Shown here: piece after piece, positions 21,089 through 29,593 of the stretch
Layout of the letters: each line of letters begins with the position of its first letter
Position numbering within the stretch: the stretch's first letter is position 1
DNA from: Gammaproteobacteria bacterium
Lineage (GTDB): Bacteria > Pseudomonadota > Gammaproteobacteria > Steroidobacterales > UBA11654
Assembly (NCBI GenBank): GCA_002691465.1
Contig: NZHP01000028.1
Location: forward strand, 5,263 to 69,262
Length of the DNA: 64,000 bases
Direction: 5' to 3'
Translations under genes and position numbers: made by a program
The notes under the pieces: generated by a model
Databases searched by the model: none
What the model was told of the DNA's origin: nothing
What the model saw: the letters and a program-made list of their open reading frames with translations, nothing else

Positions 21089-22219
21089 ATGAAGACTTTC
21101 TTTAAGGAATTTCAAGGATACAGAGCATACAAGAAACTTCCCAAGTCATATAAGAAGGTCGTTTTCTACTCAGAAAGTTTTCAAGACTGGCACCACCTTA
21201 AACCTCCTTTGAATGCCTTATTGGATGAGGATATAGCCGTCACCTATGTCACTTCAGATGATAAAGATCCTGGCTTATTAAAACTGTCTAAAAAATACAG
21301 ATCCATTTATATTGGTAAAGGATTTTTTAGGATTCTATTTTTCCAGTTTCTAAGGGCCAAGTTATTGATATTGACGATGATGGATTTAAATAATTTTGAA
21401 TTAAAAAGATCCATGCATCCAGTTCACTATGTCTACATCTTTCACAGCCTAACAAGTACACATATGGTAGACACAGAAAAGTCATTTGATCACTACGACA
21501 CTATATTTTGTGCCGGTCCTCACCAAAAGAAAGAAATTGAGCTCAGAGAGAAAAATAAAGATTTAAAGGCAAAGAATCTCGTTCCTTATGGATATCCCAG
21601 GATAGAAAAACTGATTCAATTAAGCTCAAAACCAAAGAATGAAAAAAAAGTCATACTTTTGGCACCCACATGGGGTGAGCAAAGCATTATTAACCTTATG
21701 GGAATGGAGATTTGCTCAATAATCATTAATCAGGGTTATTCCTTGATACTTCGACCGCATCACGAAACAATCAAACGATCACCCCAGCTCATCGATGAAA
21801 TAGAAAATAAGTATTCTCATCTTGAAACCTTTAGATTGGTGAGGGAAATGGGAGACGCTGAATCGCTCCTGCAATCCGACTTATTAATTTGTGATTGGTC
21901 AGGTACAGCAATTGAATATGCATTTGGACTGGAAAAACCTGTCATATTTATAGACATACCGCCACGAGTTAGAAATCCAAATTGGAGAGAAATTCAATCA
22001 GAGCCATTAGAAATGAGTATCAGAGAAAAGGTTGGTCGAGTCATCTGTCCCTCAAAACTCGATGAGTTGCCCTCGTCTATTTCTCAATTATTGAATGAAG
22101 ATCAGATCTCCTCGAGTCTGATCAAATCACTGCGTGAAGAATTTATATATAATTTAAGTGATTCAGAAATTATTGGTAGAGAAGAGATAAAGAAATTACT
22201 AAAGACACTCAAAAACTAA
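21089..22219 (+). CDS. CDP-glycerol glycerophosphotransferase (TagF/TagB)-like protein
   Basis: YIFHS, GYPR, ILLAPTW, LRPH, LICDWSG..EYAF..KPVIF pattern. Confidence 0.85.
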   Translation: MKTFFKEFQGYRAYKKLPKSYKKVVFYSESFQDWHHLKPPLNALLDEDIAVTYVTSDDKDPGLLKLSKKYRSIYIGKGFFRILFFQFLRAKLLILTMMDLNNFELKRSMHPVHYVYIFHSLTSTHMVDTEKSFDHYDTIFCAGPHQKKEIELREKNKDLKAKNLVPYGYPRIEKLIQLSSKPKNEKKVILLAPTWGEQSIINLMGMEICSIIINQGYSLILRPHHETIKRSPQLIDEIENKYSHLETFRLVREMGDAESLLQSDLLICDWSGTAIEYAFGLEKPVIFIDIPPRVRNPNWREIQSEPLEMSIREKVGRVICPSKLDELPSSISQLLNEDQISSSLIKSLREEFIYNLSDSEIIGREEIKKLLKTLKN

Positions 22220-22296
22220 ATTTTCCATCTAAATGGTTCCTTTGGTATGGTTTTTTTAACGGAATCATTGCTTCGCTAATATCAATTCAGTACTTA

Positions 22297-23991
22297 TTGC
22301 TCTTTCCTTCAGACATGACTCTGCTGTCTTCAAGTTATGTCCTGTTTGCAACCTTGACCCACTTTATTTCCATGCATTTCTTGCCTTTATTCCTACTTTC
22401 ATTGATTCAACGGAGAGTCGGTTTTGGAAGAGTATGTGTCATCTCAGCAATTATTTATGCATCAATCATTAATACCTTGATCGTTATAGATGCAAATTTC
22501 TTTGCAACCAATCGATTTCATATGAGCCTAATGACCGTAATGCTTTTTGATGATGCAACTTATTTTTTTTCAGGTCTTCAATTCGTGATTATGATCATCT
22601 TTCAATATTATCTGGCCAGTGAAATCGGAAAGTCTATAAAGAAGAATTCAAAACAATCATATCTCGGTATTTCTTTGGCAGCGGTCACTATCAGCACATG
22701 GCTTTATGTTCAGGGCGTGCATATATGGGCAGACGCAACTTATCAATCATCCATCACAACCTTTACAAGATATTTACCATTGTTCAGACCCATTCATGCC
22801 AAACGAGATCTCGCTAGATTGGGATTGATCGACTCAGATCAACTGAGAGAGAAGAATCTATCTCAAGAAATTAAAAATACTGAATTGCTTTATCCCAAGA
22901 ATGCATTGCAGTGCCAAAGTGATGCACAATCAAACAATGTCCTTATTATACTGGTTGATGCACTACGTCCTGAGATGGTCAATGATTCAATGATGCCAAA
23001 TGCATCAAAGCTCTTTTCAGAAAGCATTAACTTTGAGAATCATTTTTCGGGTGGAACTTCTTCCAGAATGGGAATGTTTTCACTATTTTATGGTTTGCCT
23101 TCTACATATTGGAGAGTGTTTCACGATAATTTGAAACCCTCATTGTTGATTACGATGTTTGATGAGAGCAATTACGATGTTCAGGCCATCAGCTCATCAG
23201 GTCTGGGAAGTCCTGCTGTACTCGATAGGACAGCTTTTGCTGGTATGGCAAAGATCAATCTTAAGCCGCTCGGAGATTCTGAGTCAACGAGCCTGAAATT
23301 AGTAACAGACCGATGGGTTAAAGAAATCAATCAGTCGAAAGAATCAAAATTCTTTACTTTGCTTCACTATGATCCCCCAATTAATGAAGTAAACCCAACT
23401 GAATCCTTGGAAATTAACAACAAATTTATTAGGAATAATGATGTCTCTCACAATCTTGAGGTTTCAAGATATACTCAGTCCATTCGAGAGGTGGACAAAG
23501 AAATTGGAAGACTTATCAAGACTATAAAAGAAAGAGACTTGCTTAAAAATACCATTCTTATTTTGACTTCAGATCATGGGTATGAGCTCGATGATTATCA
23601 AGAGAATTACTATGGGCATTCCAGCAACTATAGTCCAGCCCAAACAAAGGTACCTCTAAGAATAATATGGCCAAGTAAAGACCCTAAAAAATACTCATTT
23701 CGATCCTCTCATCACGATATTGCTCCGACCTTGATGAAAGAAGTACTGGGTTGCTCAAACGATTATTCGGATTACAGCACTGGAAATAGTTTATTTGATC
23801 AAAAGCCATGGAGCTATTTGATTGCAGGAAGCTATGATTCATTCTCTATTTTGACCGACAAGAAGACCATCACGTCCTATGGGGCTTACTTTGAGGTCAG
23901 GGATGAAAATTACAATCTCACAAAAATCGAAGACTCTGATTATAAAGATCTAGAGGACGCGATATCCGATATGAGTGAGTATTATAAATAA
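22297..23991 (+). CDS. YejM/LapC(PbgA)-like inner-membrane protein (DUF3413 TM domain plus alkaline-phosphatase/sulfatase-like domain); true start probably upstream
   Basis: HIWADA, LPLFRP..AKR, YPKNALQC, VDALR, NHFSGG...GMFSLFYG, TSDHG and SSHHDIAPTLM..LGC motifs. Confidence 0.8.
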   Translation: MLFPSDMTLLSSSYVLFATLTHFISMHFLPLFLLSLIQRRVGFGRVCVISAIIYASIINTLIVIDANFFATNRFHMSLMTVMLFDDATYFFSGLQFVIMIIFQYYLASEIGKSIKKNSKQSYLGISLAAVTISTWLYVQGVHIWADATYQSSITTFTRYLPLFRPIHAKRDLARLGLIDSDQLREKNLSQEIKNTELLYPKNALQCQSDAQSNNVLIILVDALRPEMVNDSMMPNASKLFSESINFENHFSGGTSSRMGMFSLFYGLPSTYWRVFHDNLKPSLLITMFDESNYDVQAISSSGLGSPAVLDRTAFAGMAKINLKPLGDSESTSLKLVTDRWVKEINQSKESKFFTLLHYDPPINEVNPTESLEINNKFIRNNDVSHNLEVSRYTQSIREVDKEIGRLIKTIKERDLLKNTILILTSDHGYELDDYQENYYGHSSNYSPAQTKVPLRIIWPSKDPKKYSFRSSHHDIAPTLMKEVLGCSNDYSDYSTGNSLFDQKPWSYLIAGSYDSFSILTDKKTITSYGAYFEVRDENYNLTKIEDSDYKDLEDAISDMSEYYK

Positions 23992-25436
23992 TGCTGATGC
24001 TAACCAGAATCTCGTTAGTAGTTTTTATATTCTCACAACAAGTCTTGTCTCTTGAGCAGCCGCTTGATCAGAATCATTTTGGTCAGATTACATTTGATTC
24101 TGAAAAGCCATCGATTGAAAGCTGGATCAGCTGTTTTCCAGATTGTTTCTCAGAAGGAAATGATTCGATTGAACTCAATAATGACTCAAGGACTTTTTTA
24201 AAGATTTTGAACAGTATGAGTGAATCTCCTAGTAGTTATCTGATGACATCAAAAAGAGCAGGCGATGATTTTGAAATCATTTACAATGCCACTCGAAATT
24301 CAAATGAAATCTCACAAATCACTTTCAAGAAAAGTGAAGAGAGTGATTTTTTGGAAGTCATTGTTCGATCACATAATCAAATAGCATTAGAAATTGACTT
24401 AGAAAAGCTTTTAAGCGAAGAAGACATATATGGACTGGGCGGTATTTATAATGGCACCTGGTTGGTAAGAGTCGATGATCAAGGCACCGAGAATCTTACA
24501 AGTTTAAGTGAAATAAAAATAGATTCTGGTTCATGGGTTGGTGCCCGAACAAGATTTTGGTCATTCCTCATTTCATCTCCAAATCAAAAGTTATCAATCA
24601 ATGAAATCAACACTTCAAGCTCAAAATTGGTTATTTCTTCGATGTCATTAGATGGATTCCATAAATTTAAATTATATTTTGGACCTTTGAATACCAAACA
24701 GTTGACTCAATTAGACTCAAAGCTAAGTGATCTTATGTACTCAGCACTTTGGGATTGGCTGAGACAATTATGCTTTTTTATTGAATGGATTTTTGTTTGG
24801 CTTTTAAGCATGACTGGAAATCCAGGTTTCTCGATCCTTTTTCTCGCGTGCATGCTCAAAGTCATCATTTTCCCTCTGAATCAAATAGCTGAAAGATTGC
24901 AGGATGATGTCAATGAGATTCAGTCATCGTTGCAACCCAAGATCAATGAAATCAAGAAAGTTTTTTCGGGCGAAGAGGCCAATCAAAAAATCATGAAACT
25001 TTACAAAGATAAAAATATAAGTCCCTTTTATTCAATGAAGAGTTTATTTGGTTTTCTGATACAGATTCCAATTTTCATAGCAGTCTTTGATGTCTTAGGA
25101 GAATCAATCTATTTAATGAATGAGCCTTTTTTATTTATTGATGATTTGAGTAAACCGGATAGATGGGTTTTACTGCCAATTTTTATCCCATTTTTTGGAC
25201 CTTCATTTAACCTTCTGCCATTGTGCATGATGATCATAAGCATGCTCAGTGCATTCCTGTATTATGATCGAAACTTGTCCAGTGATTTATTGAATAACCA
25301 AAAAAGAAATTTGTACTTCATGTCTCTATTGTTTTTTGTTTTGTTGTTCACTTTTCCATCCGGGATGGTGCTTTACTGGACAGCTTCAAATATTCTGCAA
25401 GTACTGCAGATGCAAATAAAAAAGGCCCTTCAGTAA
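23991..25436 (+). CDS. YidC/Oxa1-family membrane insertase paralog
   Basis: LQPKINEIKK, LYKDK.ISP, LIQIPIF, DDLSKPD and FPSGMVLYWTASN motifs. Not in the rpmH-rnpA-mnmE context. Confidence 0.85.
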   Translation: MLMLTRISLVVFIFSQQVLSLEQPLDQNHFGQITFDSEKPSIESWISCFPDCFSEGNDSIELNNDSRTFLKILNSMSESPSSYLMTSKRAGDDFEIIYNATRNSNEISQITFKKSEESDFLEVIVRSHNQIALEIDLEKLLSEEDIYGLGGIYNGTWLVRVDDQGTENLTSLSEIKIDSGSWVGARTRFWSFLISSPNQKLSINEINTSSSKLVISSMSLDGFHKFKLYFGPLNTKQLTQLDSKLSDLMYSALWDWLRQLCFFIEWIFVWLLSMTGNPGFSILFLACMLKVIIFPLNQIAERLQDDVNEIQSSLQPKINEIKKVFSGEEANQKIMKLYKDKNISPFYSMKSLFGFLIQIPIFIAVFDVLGESIYLMNEPFLFIDDLSKPDRWVLLPIFIPFFGPSFNLLPLCMMIISMLSAFLYYDRNLSSDLLNNQKRNLYFMSLLFFVLLFTFPSGMVLYWTASNILQVLQMQIKKALQ

Positions 25437-25449
25437 AGGGCCTTTTTTT
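25418..25449. terminator. Bidirectional intrinsic terminator
   Basis: AAAAAAGGCCCTT-cagta-AAGGGCCTTTTTT perfect 13-bp inverted repeat with A/T tails, between convergent genes and overlapping the yidC-like stop. Confidence 0.88.
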
Positions 25450-25464
25450 ACATCCAAGAGGTCT

Positions 25465-26085
25465 TTACATCAAGAATCCGTGACCAGCGCCCACCATGCT
25501 CATCAGCATTGGTATAGACAGCATTGTATTGGTTCTTGAAGCAAGGAAGGCAGTTCTCGCTGCTTTTGCTTTTTCTTCAGCGGTTGCTTCCACGATTCCT
25601 AGAACTTTTTTCTGATTTGGCCATATTAAAACCCAAACATTGAATAGCATTATGGTACCCATCCATGCGCCAATACCTATTGTAGTGGCATACGGATTTC
25701 CAGTTCTCATGCCCAGCTCAAAAGCGTCACCAAGAACGCCATTAAGATATAAATAAGTTGCACCAGTTATCCAAGTTACGAGTGCCGCCCATCTAAACCA
25801 TAGAAGCGCCCTAGGCGCAACATATTTAGTAATTGCTGCGGGACCCGGGCCGTCTTCATCGGCATTTGCCTGTGCAATCGATGGTACTTGAACAAAATTA
25901 AAGTAATAAAGAAGCCCTATCCATGCGACACCTGCACCCACATGCAACCAAATTACTATTCCCTTTAAGCCGGTTCCCATTGCAAACGGTTGAGCGGCCA
26001 TCGAGTTTACGACAGCGATAACGATTGCTATTGCCAACCCAGCTACAATAGTGCCTGTAATCTTGTCTAATGGATTCATAATCAT
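25465..26085 (-). CDS. Urate hydroxylase PuuD-like membrane protein (N-terminal domain only)
   Basis: WLHV.AG.AWIGLLYYFNFVQ, LLWFRWAA, FNVWVLIWPNQKK and SRTNTMLSIPML motifs. Confidence 0.8.
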   Translation of the reverse strand: MIMNPLDKITGTIVAGLAIAIVIAVVNSMAAQPFAMGTGLKGIVIWLHVGAGVAWIGLLYYFNFVQVPSIAQANADEDGPGPAAITKYVAPRALLWFRWAALVTWITGATYLYLNGVLGDAFELGMRTGNPYATTIGIGAWMGTIMLFNVWVLIWPNQKKVLGIVEATAEEKAKAARTAFLASRTNTMLSIPMLMSMVGAGHGFLM

Positions 26086-26212
26086 ACCCCTGATAATTTT
26101 TACGAATAAAAGTATAACAATTTTTATTCAACTCAAACAAATCAGTCAAAAAAATATTCAATATTTTTACAACATAAGAATCTATAATATAACCATAAAT
26201 TAGGAGTGATCG

Positions 26213-26530
26213 ATGACACTAGATGAAAGAATAAAAGAACAATTGGAAGAATTCCCTCTAATCTTATACATGAAAGGCACACCAGATTTCCCTCAATGTG
26301 GTTTTTCAGCAAAGGTATGCGGCATTCTTAAAGCTTCAAACAAACGATTTGCTTTTGTCAATATACTTGAAGACCATGAATTGAGAGATGGACTAAAGAC
26401 TTTCTCGAATTGGCCTACTTTCCCTCAACTCTATGTTAATGGTCAGTTGGTTGGAGGCTCAGATATTGTGGAACAAATGTTCGATTCCGGAGAACTTGCT
26501 ACATTGCTTGATTCTGTTCAGGAAACATAG
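26213..26530 (+). CDS. grxD: Monothiol glutaredoxin Grx4
   Basis: YMKGTP..PQCGFS, WPTFPQLY and GGSD motifs. Confidence 0.95.
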   Translation: MTLDERIKEQLEEFPLILYMKGTPDFPQCGFSAKVCGILKASNKRFAFVNILEDHELRDGLKTFSNWPTFPQLYVNGQLVGGSDIVEQMFDSGELATLLDSVQET

Positions 26531-26550
26531 TTTTTATTGGAGGTTAAGCC

Positions 26551-27861
26551 ATCTCATCACAAGAGAAAGTTTTGGTTCCAGATCTTGGTGATTTCAATGA
26601 CGTAGAAGTCGTGGAGATGCATGTAGATTCAGGGGATAGCCTCAACATAGATGATCCAATTTTAACTCTTGAGACCGAAAAAGCAGCGATGGATATTCCG
26701 AGCCCTTCTACAGGCAAGGTCATTGAAGTTTATGTTCAAAATGGAGATAAAATTAATCAGGGGGATGACTTATGTTTGATCGAGCTCGAGGAATCTAAAA
26801 AATCTGAAGCAAAAGAGAAAGAGATCACAAAAGCAGATACTGAGGAAGAGCCAATAGAAATAAAAAAATCTCCTCAAGTCTCTCAGGTTCAGAACCCAGA
26901 TGCTCAAGGTCAAAAAAGTGATCGGCAATTTTTCAATACTTCATTCAATTCTGTTCATGCCAGTCCTTCAGTCAGAAAATTATCTCGTGAGCTGGGTGTA
27001 GACTTAAATCAAGTCAATGGATCTGGAATGAAAGGACGTATTCTTCCAGACGATCTCAAATCTTTTGTCAAAGGAGTTATGAGTGGGCAAAATGCTCCTG
27101 CTCAATCTGCGCTTCCGGAGTTACCTATAGTTGATCATTCTGCATTTGGCGAAATTGAGAGCGTACCCTTGAGCCGAATAAAAAAGATTTCAGGACCTCG
27201 ACTTCAAGCCAGTTGGATCAATATTCCTCATGTTACCCAACATGATGAAGCTGATATAAATCAGCTGGAACAACAGCGTTTAGATTTAAAAAAATCGTAT
27301 AAATCTGAAGGCATATCTTTGTCTATTCTTCCATTCATTATTTTGGCTGTTTGTAAGTTATTAAAGGAAATGCCTGATTTTAATTCATCTTTGGATCAAG
27401 AGAATTCATCACTTATCCATAAAAAATACATAAACATAGGATTTGCGGCAAACACCGACCAAGGGCTAATGGTTCCTGTAATTAAAGATGCAGATCAGAA
27501 AAATTTAAAAGAAATATCGCAAGAGCTTGTCAAGTTGAGCGAAGATGCCAGAAGTGGAAAGATTAAATTAGAAGATCTTCAAGGCGGGACTTTCACGATA
27601 TCAAGTTTAGGTGGCTTTGGAGGGGTGGGATTTACACCGATAATTAATCCTCCCGAAGTTGCTATACTCGGTGTCGCTCGCGCCCAAATAAGACCAATCA
27701 TGATCAAAGGAAAATTCTTGCCTAGACTCATTCTCCCGCTTTCACTTTCTTATGACCATCGAGTGATTGATGGCGTTGGCGGCATTCAATTTACAACAGC
27801 CTTAAAGGGATTGCTTGAGAGTCCCGAGTTATTTCTGCCAGAAGAGGTGAAGAATGGCTGA
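26551..27861 (+). CDS. aceF: Pyruvate dehydrogenase E2, dihydrolipoamide acetyltransferase (single lipoyl domain)
   Basis: Lipoyl ETEKA, HASPSVRK E3-binding domain, IPHVTQHD and SYDHRVIDG. Start probably ATC 26551 after GGAGG; first conventional start is TTG 26572. Confidence 0.92.
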   Translation: MSSQEKVLVPDLGDFNDVEVVEMHVDSGDSLNIDDPILTLETEKAAMDIPSPSTGKVIEVYVQNGDKINQGDDLCLIELEESKKSEAKEKEITKADTEEEPIEIKKSPQVSQVQNPDAQGQKSDRQFFNTSFNSVHASPSVRKLSRELGVDLNQVNGSGMKGRILPDDLKSFVKGVMSGQNAPAQSALPELPIVDHSAFGEIESVPLSRIKKISGPRLQASWINIPHVTQHDEADINQLEQQRLDLKKSYKSEGISLSILPFIILAVCKLLKEMPDFNSSLDQENSSLIHKKYINIGFAANTDQGLMVPVIKDADQKNLKEISQELVKLSEDARSGKIKLEDLQGGTFTISSLGGFGGVGFTPIINPPEVAILGVARAQIRPIMIKGKFLPRLILPLSLSYDHRVIDGVGGIQFTTALKGLLESPELFLPEEVKNG

Positions 27862-29587
27862 GATAAGAATTCCCGATCTTGGTGATTTTGACGAAGTTGA
27901 AGTGGTGGAGGTGCATGTAAAAGAAGGCGATAGTGTCAAGGAAGGAGATCCAATATTAACCCTTGAGACCGAAAAGGCCGCGATGGATGTTCAAAGTAAC
28001 GTTTCCGGCGTCGTAGAGAAAGTTTCTGTGAGCCTCGGGGAAAAAGTTTCGAATGGTGATTTAGTGAGCACTGTATTAGCTGAATCAGACACTGATAAAA
28101 AGCATGAACCCATCGAAAAGGAAGAAGAGCCAAATCGTAAAAATGAATCCACCAATCCAGTAAAAAAATCAACAGATTCAAATTATGATTACAATCTCAT
28201 TGTGATCGGTGCTGGACCAGGCGGTTATGCCGCAGCATTCAGAGCATCCGATTTAGGTCTAAAAGTCGCTTTAGTCGATAAGAATTCAGATTTAGGCGGG
28301 GTTTGCCTTAATGTAGGATGCATTCCTTCCAAAGCTTTTCTTCATGCGGCGAAGATTTTAGATGACTCAAAAGATGCAGCGGTTAGTGGAATAAAATTCA
28401 ATGAACCAGAAATCGATCTATCCAAAATGAAGGGGTGGAAAAACAAAATCATTGGAGGATTAACCAATGGACTGGAAAGTTTAGCAAAACAAAGAAATGT
28501 CGATGTGATTCAAGGCAATGCAACATTCTCATCAAGGAATGAGATTGCAATTAACCATCAAGGCGAATCACAGACGTTTTCATCCGAGCAATTCATCATT
28601 GCTGTCGGGTCTGAGCCAGCTGTGCTCAATTTTATGCCTGATGATCCTAGGATTATAGATTCGACCGGAGCATTGGAGCCGAGTGAAATTCCATCAAATA
28701 TCTTAATCATCGGGGGAGGAATCATTGGCCTTGAAATGGCAACCATATACTCTGCCCTAGGCAGCGAAGTGACAATCGTTGAACTAACCAAGGATTTAAT
28801 GCCTGGAACGGATCGAGATCTTGTGAGACCACTAGAAAAAGTTCTGAAAAAGAAGTGCGATAAGATCATGAAATCAACCCAAGTGGTTTCTGCCAAAGCC
28901 ACAGATGATGGCATCAATATATCCTTCAAGCAGGACGAAGAAGAATTCAGCGAGGTATTTCAGAATGTCCTTGTTGCAGTTGGAAGGAAATCAAACGGCC
29001 ATCTTCTTGGTCTGAATGAGATAGGCGTGAATATCGATGATCAAGGCATCATCAAGGTCGATCAACAATTCAAAACCAATGTCGAATCAATACATGCCAT
29101 TGGCGATGTGATAGGCGAGCCCATGTTGGCACATAAAGCTAGCTATGAAGGCAAAGTTGCTGCTGAGGTAACAGCAGGACAAAGAGTCAGCAATGATGCC
29201 AGATGCATCCCTTCTGTTGCCTATACTGATCCAGAGGTTGCTTGGGTAGGGCTTTCAGAAGATGAATGCAAAGCCAAAGGGATGAATTATGGAAAAGGTG
29301 TCTTTCCCTGGTCAGCCAGCGGAAGGTCACTAACAATCGGAAGAAACGAAGGCATGACCAAGTTGCTTTTTAATAATTCAACCAAAAAAGTCATTGGGGG
29401 AGGGATCGTTGGACCGAATGCTGGTGACTTGATTTCAGAAATTGCTTTGGCTATTGAGATGGATTGCGACGTGAATGACGTTGCATTGACTGTTCATCCA
29501 CATCCCACGCTATCCGAAACAGTCGCCATGGCAGCAGAAGTTTTTGAGGGAACCATCACGGATTTATACCTTAAACCCAGCAAATGA
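27854..29587 (+). CDS. lpdA: Dihydrolipoamide dehydrogenase with N-terminal lipoyl domain
   Basis: Lipoyl domain, GAGPGGY, GGVCLNVGCIPSK and HPHPTLSE motifs. Confidence 0.95.
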   Translation: MAEIRIPDLGDFDEVEVVEVHVKEGDSVKEGDPILTLETEKAAMDVQSNVSGVVEKVSVSLGEKVSNGDLVSTVLAESDTDKKHEPIEKEEEPNRKNESTNPVKKSTDSNYDYNLIVIGAGPGGYAAAFRASDLGLKVALVDKNSDLGGVCLNVGCIPSKAFLHAAKILDDSKDAAVSGIKFNEPEIDLSKMKGWKNKIIGGLTNGLESLAKQRNVDVIQGNATFSSRNEIAINHQGESQTFSSEQFIIAVGSEPAVLNFMPDDPRIIDSTGALEPSEIPSNILIIGGGIIGLEMATIYSALGSEVTIVELTKDLMPGTDRDLVRPLEKVLKKKCDKIMKSTQVVSAKATDDGINISFKQDEEEFSEVFQNVLVAVGRKSNGHLLGLNEIGVNIDDQGIIKVDQQFKTNVESIHAIGDVIGEPMLAHKASYEGKVAAEVTAGQRVSNDARCIPSVAYTDPEVAWVGLSEDECKAKGMNYGKGVFPWSASGRSLTIGRNEGMTKLLFNNSTKKVIGGGIVGPNAGDLISEIALAIEMDCDVNDVALTVHPHPTLSETVAMAAEVFEGTITDLYLKPSK

Positions 29588-29593
29588 TTAATT

